Positions 1 to 9,777 of a stretch of 64,000 nucleotides of DNA are shown here, piece by piece. Source of the DNA: Nitrospirota bacterium. Lineage in GTDB: Bacteria; Nitrospirota; UBA9217. A program made the position numbers and the translations under genes. The DNA lies in assembly GCA_963737155.1 (NCBI GenBank), contig CAVTRN010000002.1, positions 1,760,001-1,824,000 on the forward strand, written 5' to 3'. The notes beneath the pieces were generated by a model. The model saw nothing but the letters and a program-made list of their open reading frames with translations. It did no database searches and was not told the DNA's origin. Positions within the stretch are counted from its first letter, which is position 1. The number at the start of each line of letters is the position of its first letter.

Positions 1-1
1 T

Positions 2-343
2 GCCTCAATGAAGGCAACAAATGCCTCTCCTCATAGTGAGGAAAGCCGTAAAAAGCGGGCTGATGGGATTAGAAAATATTGGGCAGATCCTAAAAATCGT
101 GAAAAACATGCAGAAGCGATGAAACTGAAATGGGAAGATCCATTATTTAAAGAAAAACAATTAGTTGCTTTTACGGCACGAGAATTTACACAATCAGCAA
201 GTCCTGGAGCAAGAGCCAAAATATCAGAAGCACGTAGACGATATTTTGAAGATCCCAAAAATAGGCAGCACTTTTCTGACATGGCAAAACAAAGTGGCTT
301 CGGGAAAAAAGGCAAGGGTTCTTCATCCACTGATGGCGCGTAA
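2..343 (+). CDS. 3' part of a basic protein with NUMOD3-like DNA-binding repeats (possibly the tail of a homing-endonuclease-like protein); probably starts upstream of the window
   Basis: Frame is open to the window edge; HSEESRKK and ARAKISEA resemble NUMOD3 motifs; three (W/F)xDP repeats (YWADPKNREK, KWEDPLFKEK, YFEDPKNRQH). Confidence 0.5.
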   Translation, partial: ASMKATNASPHSEESRKKRADGIRKYWADPKNREKHAEAMKLKWEDPLFKEKQLVAFTAREFTQSASPGARAKISEARRRYFEDPKNRQHFSDMAKQSGFGKKGKGSSSTDGA

Positions 344-400
344 TAGGCACAAATATATGTTGACCTCCACCTCTATCTGCAAGTAATATAGTTTTTACCT

Positions 401-1717
401 ATGAGCATCCTTAATCTGCCCGGTATTCAAGCTGTAACCGTTAATCAAACCGACCAGCACTACCAAATAACCGCTAAAACAACCCATCCGCCTGCCTATT
501 GCCCAAATTGCCAGAGCACGAGCATCGTCAGCTTTGGCGGCCGGGATCTCTTCTTTTCCGATACTCCGATACATGGCAAACAAGTCGGTATCAAGATGAA
601 AAGGAAGCGTTACTCCTGCAAAACCTACCTGAAAACCTTTATCGAACCCCTACCAATGATGGATGATAAGCGATCGGCAACCAAGCGTCTTGTCGAGTAC
701 ATTGAAAAGAACTCCCTCAAAAAGACCTTTGCCAGTATCTCCGAAGAGATTGGTGTAGACGAAAAGACCGTCCGAAACATATTCACCGAGTATACTCAGA
801 GGCTTAAGAAAGAGTACAAAGCTGAGACGCCGCGTTGCCTAGGGATTGACGAGATCTACGTTATCAAGAAATCGCGGTGCGTACTAAACAATATTGAGAA
901 GAAAATAATTATAGATATGCTCCCTGACCGGAACAAAGCCACCGTTACACAGTATTTGTGCAATATCCACGACTATCGCAACATTGAGGTCGTTTGCATG
1001 GATATGTGGAGGCCATACAAGGATGCCGTAAATGACGTTTTACCAGGCCGTCAAATCATCATCGACAAGTTTCACACCGTTCGGATGGCAAACCAGGCGC
1101 TCGAGACTGTGCGAAAATCCATGCGTGGACAGCTGAAGGACAAGGAAAGACGCACTCTCAAAGACGACCGCTACGTCCTGCTCAAAAGAAACTACAATCT
1201 CGACTCTGAAGACATGATTAAACTGGACGTATGGAGTAAAAACTTTCCAGCCCTGGGTGCATCGTACGATCTTAAGGAGTGGTTCTTTAATATATGGGAC
1301 AGTCAGGACCGGAAAGAAGCTGAAGAACGTTATAATGCATGGGCTGCCAGCATCCCTGCTGATTTGCATAGCACATGGGAGTTCGTATTGACAGCCGTCA
1401 GAAACTGGAGAGACGAGATTTTCTCCTATTTTGACCTTCCTGAGCCTTTAACTAATGCCTTCACTGAATCAATTAATAACATCGTCAGGACAACGAACAG
1501 GATGGGACGCGGCTACTCGTTTGACGTGCTTAGAGCCAAAATGCTGTATTCCAAAGCAATTGAGAATAAGGCCACAAAGTTCCCGAAACGAAATTTCCCG
1601 ATGCCTGAAGGAGCGCTCACATTTTGGATGACTACTAAACCGGAAGAAGATGATGATAAATACTACGGAGTAGAGATATCAACCGTGCTTGAGATGATCG
1701 AACAGGGCGAGCTTTAG
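401..1717 (+). CDS. ISL3-family transposase
   Basis: N-terminal CPNC zinc-finger half, HTH region, motifs GIDE, MDMW, IIDKFH, TNAFTESIN, RGYSF typical of ISL3 DDE transposases. Confidence 0.95.
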   Translation: MSILNLPGIQAVTVNQTDQHYQITAKTTHPPAYCPNCQSTSIVSFGGRDLFFSDTPIHGKQVGIKMKRKRYSCKTYLKTFIEPLPMMDDKRSATKRLVEYIEKNSLKKTFASISEEIGVDEKTVRNIFTEYTQRLKKEYKAETPRCLGIDEIYVIKKSRCVLNNIEKKIIIDMLPDRNKATVTQYLCNIHDYRNIEVVCMDMWRPYKDAVNDVLPGRQIIIDKFHTVRMANQALETVRKSMRGQLKDKERRTLKDDRYVLLKRNYNLDSEDMIKLDVWSKNFPALGASYDLKEWFFNIWDSQDRKEAEERYNAWAASIPADLHSTWEFVLTAVRNWRDEIFSYFDLPEPLTNAFTESINNIVRTTNRMGRGYSFDVLRAKMLYSKAIENKATKFPKRNFPMPEGALTFWMTTKPEEDDDKYYGVEISTVLEMIEQGEL

Positions 1718-1796
1718 ACAAAATCAACCGCAAAATCCGGAGTAAGGAAATAATGTACGGTTGCAGAAAATAACAAAATCAACCGCAAAATCCGGA
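1718..1796 (+). repeat. Exact 24-bp direct repeat ACAAAATCAACCGCAAAATCCGGA at 1718-1741 and 1773-1796
   Basis: Read directly; the second copy continues into the terminal TACCC. Confidence 0.9.
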
Positions 1797-1856
1797 TACC
1801 CAATTATTTTAACAACCTGAGCATCTTGGACATCCTGGCAATAAGGGGGAGGAGCT

Positions 1857-2772
1857 ATGGAACAAGTGGGCGGCATAGGCAGTGAAACAATGCTCGACTG
1901 CATTGTAATCGGGGCGGGTCCGGGAGGCCTGCAGTCCTGTATCCACCTCGGTCGGTACAACTTTCGTGTGCTGTTATTCCATACACCCGGAGGCCGGACC
2001 TGTCTCGCAAAACATATCGAGAACTACCTCGGCCTTCGTGAGATCTCAGGCCAGCGACCTCCTTGAGTTGGGCCTTGCTCAGGCGAAGAGTTTCGGCGTC
2101 GCTGTTGAGAACACCAAGGTGGAGCGCGTCGCGCCCCGGGAGAGACATTTCGAGGTTTTGGCAGGGGGGAAGACCTACCGTGCCAGTTACGTCATTGCCG
2201 CCTCTGGAGCCAAGGAAACTCTCGCCCCGTTCAAGAACCTTTATCGCTTCTTCGGAATCTCATACTACACATGCATGATATGCGATGGCTATCGCACAAC
2301 CAACAAAAAACTACTCGTCATTGACCGCACTGTGAACGGCGTGCGCATGAGCATCGGCATGAAACGGATGTTCACCAAGGACGTGACCTTCCTAGCCCAC
2401 GGCTTTACCTTGGCGCCGGTGTACAGGACGCTCCTCGAGGAAGAAGGCATCAGCCTGGTTGAGGGACGGCCGGAAGAACTTCTCGGTGAGAAGGCCCTCG
2501 AGGGGGTGCGACTTGCCGACAGCCGCGTGATCCCCTGTGAAGTCATCCTGGGGTGGGGCGGGATCTCACTCAACGACGACTACCTCAATGACCTCCCCCT
2601 GGAGCGCGACGCCGAGGGATTCAAGATCATGACGAATAGCTATAGTGAGTCGAGCATCCCCGGCATCTTCGTTCTGGGCGCTCTCCGCCATGGTCACTCC
2701 CAGGCGATTATCTCAGCTGGTCAGGGTGCCGAGGCAGCTATCGAGATCAGTACGAGGATCGTCGAGCTTTAG
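1857..2772 (+). pseudogene. Thioredoxin-reductase-like FAD-dependent oxidoreductase with a +1 frameshift near 2052
   Basis: GGAGGAG SD; IGAGPGG FAD motif and IENYLG in the first frame, CMICDG redox motif and C-terminal FAD segment in the second; removing one C at 2051-2052 joins EISG to SDLLE. Confidence 0.85.
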
Positions 2773-3211
2773 AAAAAGACCACTTCAAAACGTTTACAGG
2801 GCGATGTGTCGGAAATGGTTTTTGGCTATTTGATCCCTCTCAATGCAAGATGCTAGTACACCGTAAATTTAGTTATTATTATTTCCGCACCGTCATACCG
2901 GCTAAATTCATGCCAGGGTAACGAACAAACGGGGTGCAATACTATTAAGAATTTTATTTACAGTGCACTTGAATGGATCGAAACTGCTCAAATGGTTTCC
3001 AGAATCTGCGATCAATGTCAGGTACGTAGCAAGGTGTCCACGTAAATCGGGCCGGATGTCCGAATTCGATTAGAACGAGCCTCCGAACCCGATGGAATAT
3101 GCATACTTTACATCCATCCTTCCTTTTGTTAATATACCTCGCTATTGATGGAAGATAATAGGATCTCAGACCATTTGCGATTTCTCGGTACATAGTACTT
3201 AATCGAATTTT

Positions 3212-5443
3212 ATGACATCTCATAACTCAATAATTGCGCAGGAACTGTCAATCTCTGAAAAACAGGTTCTTGCCTGTGCAACCCTGCTCGATGAAGGCGG
3301 GACCGTTCCCTTCATCTCCCGCTACCGGAAAGAGGCTACAGGCTCGCTCGACGAAGTGGCGGTCACGGCCATCCGTGGCCGACTGTCCCAGCTCAGGGAG
3401 CTGGACAAACGCAAAGAGGCGATCCTGAACTCGCTGCAGGAGACTGGGAAGCTGACGGAAGAGCTCAAAACCAAGGTGTTTGTCGCCGAGACCATGACCG
3501 CGCTTGAGGACATCTACCTGCCGTATCGGCCCAAGCGCCGAACCAAGGGGACCATTGCCAGAGGGAAAGGCCTTGAACCGCTTGCGCAGATGCTATTCTC
3601 CCAGGTACAGGGGATCGATCTTCCCGCAGATGCAGCCGCATTCGTGGATGCGGAAAAGGGCGTCGAGACCCCGGAAGATGCTTTGGCAGGCGCCCGGGAC
3701 ATCATTGCCGAGTGGATAAACGAAGACCAGAACGCTCGGGCCAAGATGCGCGAACTATATACTTCGAACGGTATGTTCCGGACAAAGGTTATCACCGGCA
3801 GAGAGGAAGAGGGGAGCAAGTACAAGGACTACTTCGACTGGCAGGAACCGGTTGCAAAAGCGCCTTCACACCGCATCCTGGCCATGAGGCGGGGAGAGAA
3901 GGAAGGGTTCCTGATCCTGCGGGTGAATCCGCCCGAGGATGAAGCCTTGACGCTCCTTGAAGCACTGTTCTTGAAGCCCGATAGTCCTGCTGCAGCCCAG
4001 GTGAAGCTGGCTGTCCATGACAGTTACAAGCGCCTGCTCTCCTTGTCAATGGAAACCGAGATGCGTGTCGCGACGAAACTGCGTGCTGATGGAGAGGCGA
4101 TCCGCGTATTCGTCGAGAATCTTCGGCAGCTGCTGCTCTCGCCGCCCCTGGGCCAAAAGAACGTGCTGGCTATTGACCCAGGTTTCCGAACCGGATGCAA
4201 AGTGGTCTGCGTGGACAGGCAGGGAAAACTGATTGTGAACGAAACCATCTATCCGTACTTCTCGGAAAAGAAAATTGGAGAAGCCGGTACGAAGATCATA
4301 GAGCTGTGCCGGAAGTACGACATTGAGGCGATCGCCATCGGAAACGGGACAGCTGGACGGGAGACAGAGGCCTTTGTGCGGCAGTTGGGACTGCCTTCCA
4401 CGATCCAGATCGTAATGGTGAGTGAGAGCGGCGCTTCGGTCTACTCCGCGTCGGATGTCGCTCGTGAGGAATTCCCCGACCACGATATAACGGTTCGCGG
4501 AGCCGTGTGCATCGCCAGGCGTCTGATGGACCCCTTGGCAGAGCTGGTCAAGATCGATCCCAAGGCCATTGGCGTGGGCCAATATCAGCATGACGTGGAC
4601 CAGAACGCTCTCAAGCAGGGTTTGGACGACACGGTAGTGCATTGCGTGAACGCAGTGGGTGTCGAGGTGAATACGTCGAGCAAACAGCTACTTACCTATG
4701 TTTCAGGACTGGGGCCGCAGCTGGCCAGTAACATCGTCTCATACAGGAACGCAAACGGGCCCTTTCACAGCCGGGAGGAATTGAAAAAGGTGCTCAAACT
4801 CGGGCCCAAGACCTTTGAACAGGCAGCGGGATTCCTGCGCATCCATAATGCTGAGAATCCGCTCGATACAAGCGCAGTCCATCCGGAAGCCTATCACGTC
4901 GTCGATAAAATGGCAAGGGATCTGCACTGTTCCATCCTGGACCTGATGCGGAAGGAAGAGTTGCGGAAGAACATCGACCTCAATACATATGTGACCGAAA
5001 CGATAGGTCTGCCCACGCTCAAGGATATCATGGCAGAGCTAGCCAAACCAGGCCGCGACCCTCGGGACAAGTTCGAAGCGTTTAGTTTTACCGAAGGAGT
5101 AAAAAAAATAGAGGACGTGAAGCCGGGGATGAAGCTTCCCGGCGTGGTGACAAACATTACGGCTTTCGGCGCGTTCATCGACATCGGCGTTCACCAGGAC
5201 GGCTTGGCGCACATCAGCCAGCTTTCTGACAAGTACATAAAGGACCCGAACGAGGCCGTGAAGGTCCATCAAAAGGTGATGGTCACGGTTCTGGAAGTGG
5301 ATGTGGCCAGGAAGAGGATATCACTTTCACTCAAGAAGAACCCGGAGAAACCGGTTTTAAAAAAGCAGGAATGGCTTAAGAAAGAAAGGCCGCAATCGGA
5401 TTTAAATGCACTGAAGAGTGCGTTCACTAAAAATAGAACCTGA
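3212..5443 (+). CDS. tex: Tex-family RNA-binding transcriptional accessory protein
   Basis: TVPFISRYRKEATG N-terminus, YqgF-like IDPGFRTGCK, IGVGQYQHD, HhH motifs and a C-terminal S1 domain. Confidence 0.95.
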   Translation: MTSHNSIIAQELSISEKQVLACATLLDEGGTVPFISRYRKEATGSLDEVAVTAIRGRLSQLRELDKRKEAILNSLQETGKLTEELKTKVFVAETMTALEDIYLPYRPKRRTKGTIARGKGLEPLAQMLFSQVQGIDLPADAAAFVDAEKGVETPEDALAGARDIIAEWINEDQNARAKMRELYTSNGMFRTKVITGREEEGSKYKDYFDWQEPVAKAPSHRILAMRRGEKEGFLILRVNPPEDEALTLLEALFLKPDSPAAAQVKLAVHDSYKRLLSLSMETEMRVATKLRADGEAIRVFVENLRQLLLSPPLGQKNVLAIDPGFRTGCKVVCVDRQGKLIVNETIYPYFSEKKIGEAGTKIIELCRKYDIEAIAIGNGTAGRETEAFVRQLGLPSTIQIVMVSESGASVYSASDVAREEFPDHDITVRGAVCIARRLMDPLAELVKIDPKAIGVGQYQHDVDQNALKQGLDDTVVHCVNAVGVEVNTSSKQLLTYVSGLGPQLASNIVSYRNANGPFHSREELKKVLKLGPKTFEQAAGFLRIHNAENPLDTSAVHPEAYHVVDKMARDLHCSILDLMRKEELRKNIDLNTYVTETIGLPTLKDIMAELAKPGRDPRDKFEAFSFTEGVKKIEDVKPGMKLPGVVTNITAFGAFIDIGVHQDGLAHISQLSDKYIKDPNEAVKVHQKVMVTVLEVDVARKRISLSLKKNPEKPVLKKQEWLKKERPQSDLNALKSAFTKNRT

Positions 5444-6038
5444 GAACGCCGCGACAGGAACGTCTTCCAGACGAAGGGCAGAAAAACCAAGGAATGGATC
5501 GCGAACTGAATTGATGCATGCTGCGACCAATATTCCGCAACCTCTTAATTTGGTCGCATCTGCATGATTGTAAGTGCAATCGATTTTCAAACAATAAAAG
5601 CGAAGGTGTAGAATACATTTTTGTATCATTACATTTTGCGATAAAGTTTTCTGTTAACGACTCCATCCTCTTCGAAGCTGTCATTTTCTCTATTCGCTGA
5701 CACTCTTATATTTAAAACCAAAGCGACAGACCGGGTATAGACCGAAAAGGGAACTTGTTGTTAAATCAGTCCTCGAACAGATGTTAACCAAGAGTGACCG
5801 CCAACAGGATTGCTTTGGCAATGTTATTTGATCCTGAATTATTATTTTGTGCCATTCCTTGCAACTCATCAACTCTCAACCTGACTCTTGCAACATACGT
5901 TTTCAAATTTCATTAGATTACCCTTAAGGTTTCTACATTTCTCGACAAAATTCAGGGAAATCGTACCATGAGCGATTGCGCATCAGGCATTTATACCCTC
6001 GGCCCATGTAATTCTTTCTGGATTACACACTCTCCCTC

Positions 6039-8486
6039 CTACTCCTGCGGCAACACCGCACCCGTGTTGAATAACAGGAGTTGTCCCACAGCCTCGAAGG
6101 TTTTTACCCAGTTGGACGCGCCTTCGTCGCCTGCCTTCGCTTTCGCGAATTGCTCCCGGAAGGCTGTCTTTGCCAAGCCATAATATCGGTTCTGCACCTG
6201 CCAGAAGTTCCCTTCCAGCGGGAGCGAACGCAGCAGTTCCAGCAGGCCTTGAAATTTCGCAAGGAGCGCTTCGTCGGACGGATTTCCCGATATCTTGTCC
6301 ATAAAGTCCTCGACCCGGCGCCTAACGGTGAATTCGAGGTCTTTGGCATACGGCGGACATTTCCAGCGCTTCATTTCCTCGTCAATACTGCGGATTTTAT
6401 CCACATTGATCGTTTCTTCTGCAAAGGCCTTCCGCAGGTCGACGAGAAGGATGAACTCCACAGCCGTGACGTATGCCCTGGGCACAGGCATCCCCGTTTC
6501 GCGGAGGAACGTCATCAGCGTCATATTGTTCTCGTAGATTCCCCGATAACCGGCCTCGAATCCATCGAGCGTCTTCGCGATGAGATTGTTCAGGACCTTT
6601 CGCTGTTCGTCCCGGAATAAATTAAGGAGCGAATATGTATGCATACCGAAGTGATTGTCCATGAGCCGTACGATATCGGCGAACGCGCCCCTCTTGAACG
6701 CCGTGGTGATCTCTACCTTCATGGACTGGTAGGCTTTGTCATCGAGAAAGATGTTGACGCCTCCGTTAAAATCCTGGTCCCCGAGATGGAGCACGGAAAA
6801 GCTGATGCGCTCCACTTCACCCGTTATTGCCGATGAGACAAGGACCCGGCCGACGGCGAGGTCCATCGGGCCCGCTTTCATCCTCTCGTAGTCTTCTCGG
6901 ACGGCCGTGTAGCAGTAGATCCCGGCCTGCTCCGGGTAGTCTCCGAAGAGGGAGCTGATGCCGTAATGCGCGGCCACCTTTTGGAGGTCGACCATGACCG
7001 GCTTGACCGCGTCCGCATAGACCTTCATGCCATCTCCGCGTTCAGGAAGGTTGCTCTTCGCCCCGGCCAGTTTTTCGAGAAAGACCTGTTCCAGGTTTTC
7101 GCTGAAGATGTCTGCCGACAGCTGGATCGCCCTCGCGGCATACTGGATGATTTGGATGGTTTCGAGGCCCGAAAGCTCGTCGAAAAACCAGCCGCAGCTC
7201 GTGTACATAAGCATGGCGTGGCGCTGGAGTTCAAGAAGCTTGAGTGCAAATACCTTCTCACCGCCGTCGAGAGCCCGTGTCGCGTGTTTTTCGAAGAACA
7301 GGGTGGTGCTTTCCGGCAGGCGCTTGAGAACATTCCCGATATAGTCGTCCCTCGCCTGCCAAGGGTCCGTCAGGTATTCTCGCGACTTCAGTTCGTAGCG
7401 GATGGCAAGCTCGTCACGCAGCCAATCCAGCGCCTGTCTGAGCGGTGCCCGCCACTCCTGTTGCCACCCGGAATGGCCGCCTGAATTACAGCCGCAGTTC
7501 GATCTCCAGCGCTCTATGCCGTGGGAACAGCTCCAGGACGTGTTTTCAAATATCTGGACTTCATAGGTGGGAGGATATTTCTCAAGATACTCTCCGAAGT
7601 TCGTGAGCTTTGCTATCCCGTTTGTCTTGATGTGGTGAAGGGCGTAGGCTAGGGCCATATCCCCGAATTCCCAGTGGTGCCCATAAGTCTCGCCGTCGGT
7701 AGCAATGGTGAGGATCTGTGGCCATTGCCGATCTTCAGAAAAACCGGTTGAGAGCCTGCCCGCGAAGTCCTCGCCTTTTGTAAGGAGTTTCTCGAAAGCA
7801 ACGGCCCGAGAGATAGGGCCGTCGTAGAAAAAAAGATGGATCGCCTTGCCCGAAGGCAGCTTGCAGAGATAGACTCGCGCGGGGTCCACCCGACTTCCGC
7901 TCACGTCTTCCCATTTTTCAACGCCAATCTGCCGGATTCGCGACGCTTGGTGAGGGGCGAGAATGGTAAACTGGATGCCCGCGTTCGAAAGTAGTTCGAG
8001 TGTTTCCGTATCCACACCCGTCTCCGGAAGCCACATGCCTTCGGGAAAACGTCTGAAGCGGTGCTCGAAGTCCCTGATTCCCCAGATGATCTGGGTGCGC
8101 TTGTCACGGGCGTTAGCCAAAGGCATGATGAGGTGGTTATACGCCTGGGCGATGGCATTGCCATGGCCGGAATGCAGCTCTATGCTTTTACGGTCCGCAT
8201 CGAGGATGCCTTGGTAGATCTCCGGTGCGAACGTTTCCATCCACGAAAGAAGCGTAGGGCCGAAGTTAAAGCTTATATTCTCGTAGTTGCTCGTGATGTC
8301 GAGAATGCGCTGCCCTCCATCCAGGATCCGCGAAGCGAAATTTGGCGAATAACACTCCGCCGCGACCCGTTCGTTCCAGTCGTGGTACGGGTGCGCCGAG
8401 TCCTGGATCTCGATCGCTTCGAGCCAGGGGTTTTCCCGCGGCGGCTGGTAGAAATGCCCGTGGATGCAAATGTATCGTTCCATCAT
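6039..8486 (-). CDS. Glycoside hydrolase family 57 protein with C-terminal DUF3536
   Basis: HGHFYQPPRENPW, GMWLPE, TDGETYGHH, SWSCSHG, YTSCGWFFD motifs; GGGGGAG SD before MMERY. Confidence 0.9.
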   Translation of the reverse strand: MMERYICIHGHFYQPPRENPWLEAIEIQDSAHPYHDWNERVAAECYSPNFASRILDGGQRILDITSNYENISFNFGPTLLSWMETFAPEIYQGILDADRKSIELHSGHGNAIAQAYNHLIMPLANARDKRTQIIWGIRDFEHRFRRFPEGMWLPETGVDTETLELLSNAGIQFTILAPHQASRIRQIGVEKWEDVSGSRVDPARVYLCKLPSGKAIHLFFYDGPISRAVAFEKLLTKGEDFAGRLSTGFSEDRQWPQILTIATDGETYGHHWEFGDMALAYALHHIKTNGIAKLTNFGEYLEKYPPTYEVQIFENTSWSCSHGIERWRSNCGCNSGGHSGWQQEWRAPLRQALDWLRDELAIRYELKSREYLTDPWQARDDYIGNVLKRLPESTTLFFEKHATRALDGGEKVFALKLLELQRHAMLMYTSCGWFFDELSGLETIQIIQYAARAIQLSADIFSENLEQVFLEKLAGAKSNLPERGDGMKVYADAVKPVMVDLQKVAAHYGISSLFGDYPEQAGIYCYTAVREDYERMKAGPMDLAVGRVLVSSAITGEVERISFSVLHLGDQDFNGGVNIFLDDKAYQSMKVEITTAFKRGAFADIVRLMDNHFGMHTYSLLNLFRDEQRKVLNNLIAKTLDGFEAGYRGIYENNMTLMTFLRETGMPVPRAYVTAVEFILLVDLRKAFAEETINVDKIRSIDEEMKRWKCPPYAKDLEFTVRRRVEDFMDKISGNPSDEALLAKFQGLLELLRSLPLEGNFWQVQNRYYGLAKTAFREQFAKAKAGDEGASNWVKTFEAVGQLLLFNTGAVLPQE

Positions 8487-8834
8487 TGCTCCCCCCGTCA
8501 AGTAGACCGCCATACTGTGGCCGCGCTACGCGTAACCGTGTCGCCATTCGCAAGCTCCCGGAGAGCGCGGTGCGTTTTATTGTTTTATGCGGCAATAAGG
8601 AATTCCCATTAGATACGAGAGCCAATAATCAAGGTGGATCATAAAACCAGGTTCACCATATCTCACGTGCATGATGATAGGAAGAACCTTTAACATGATT
8701 GCGTAAATTATAAATCAATTTTGAAAGGAAAAGAATAGAAGAAGGGGATACCTTTTTTATATGAATCCAGAATCATTAAGGATTGAGACGACATCTTTAC
8801 GTTGGACTCAATCCTTATTGATTGGCATTCAGCT

Positions 8835-9043
8835 ACCTATTTTCCCCTAATCGTCAAAGCATCAGGGATCAACGGTGACCGATGGCTACTTCTCTGCAAG
8901 CAACGCCCAGGAAAACCACTGGGTGGCCGCGCGCCTGCCATCCAACAGTCCAAGCTCCGCGAGCATAAAAGCACCTGTGCAAATCGCGCCAAACCTAGTC
9001 GCTCCCTTGGCGCAACGGGCGGTCCAGTGGCGCACCGCCAGTT
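8835..9043 (-). pseudogene. Relic of a DJ-1/PfpI-domain (GlxA/FtrA-like AraC regulator) gene
   Basis: Minus-strand translation WTARCAKGATRFGAICTGAFMLAELGLLDGRRAATQWFSWALLAEK*PSVTVDP matches the family pattern SICTGAF..GLLDGRRATTHW. Confidence 0.75.
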
Positions 9044-9777
9044 CCCAGGTCGTCGGAATACCCGGCCTTCAGGCGAGACCACTGGGCGATGGGACGTCCA
9101 TCAGTACGATAATTGTGCTCGCCTTCCGGCCGTTGCGGCCATCCAGTCGGCGAGTCCTCCCACCTCTCCTGCCGCCCGTAGACGGTCAAGTCGAGCAACC
9201 GATAGCTGTTATCCATCGCCTCGACGCCGCGCCCATTCGTCCAGTAAGTCTCATAGACATTGGATCTTTGCCGCAGGTAACAAACGAGGTGAAACATGCC
9301 CACCCGGCGTCCAACCAACAGAGTATCGAGCGAGTCCCGGACCGAGTACCAAGGCATCTCCCAGCCCATGAAGTTGCGGTACAAGACGCTCTCTTCGTAA
9401 GGGCCCTGGCAAAAGGTTGTGTAGGTGACGTCGCGAGAATGAATATAGGACAGCTCGCGGACCTGCGATGTATAGAAGGTGCACCCCTCGCACTGCTCCG
9501 CCGCAGGTTGGCCGGTGTGCCACATGAAGTAGTAGGCAATGAGCATCCGGCGTCCCTCAAACACATCCAACAGTGTTACCGCTCCATGTTCGCCAATGAG
9601 CGGTGTCGCACCATCAACCTCGACCATGGGGAGCCGTCTGCGGACAGCTGCAATGGCATCGCCTTCTCTTGTGTGAGCCTTTTCTCGAACCCGCAATGCG
9701 TCTAGATCCGCTTGAAAGGTTTTCCGATCGACTACCTTAGGGACTCCTGATCTCTGAAGCTTGTCTTGCGAACTCAT
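8995..9777 (-). CDS. DUF899-family thioredoxin-like protein
   Basis: REKAHTREGDAIAA.RRRLPMV, LLDVFEGRRMLI, CEGC, LLDLTVYGRQE motifs; AGGAGGAG SD. Confidence 0.9.
   Translation of the reverse strand: MSSQDKLQRSGVPKVVDRKTFQADLDALRVREKAHTREGDAIAAVRRRLPMVEVDGATPLIGEHGAVTLLDVFEGRRMLIAYYFMWHTGQPAAEQCEGCTFYTSQVRELSYIHSRDVTYTTFCQGPYEESVLYRNFMGWEMPWYSVRDSLDTLLVGRRVGMFHLVCYLRQRSNVYETYWTNGRGVEAMDNSYRLLDLTVYGRQERWEDSPTGWPQRPEGEHNYRTDGRPIAQWSRLKAGYSDDLGTGGAPLDRPLRQGSD

Larger units (their letters stand above)
1..1801 (+). mobile_element. Right portion of an ISL3-family insertion sequence; right end at about 1801, left end not in window
   Basis: Reverse complement of 1778-1801 is GGGTATCCGGATTTTGCGGTTGAT, resembling ISPpu12-type ISL3 terminal repeats, followed by AT-rich AATTATTT; no matching left repeat in 1-400. 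Confidence 0.7.

Noticed and set aside
1718-1796. CRISPR-like unit (24-bp repeats, 31-bp spacer)
   Set aside because: Only two repeats, no cas genes, and the repeat is the ISL3 terminal repeat
3034-3060. GTGTCCACGTAAATCGGG resembling an IS3-type end
   Set aside because: No partner repeat or transposase remnant recognised
5522-5558. 9-bp inverted repeat TGCGACCAA/TTGGTCGCA after tex as attC site or terminator
   Set aside because: No attC core boxes, long loop and no U tract
8875-9705. 276-aa plus-strand ORF
   Set aside because: Antisense shadow of the DUF899 gene; no motifs
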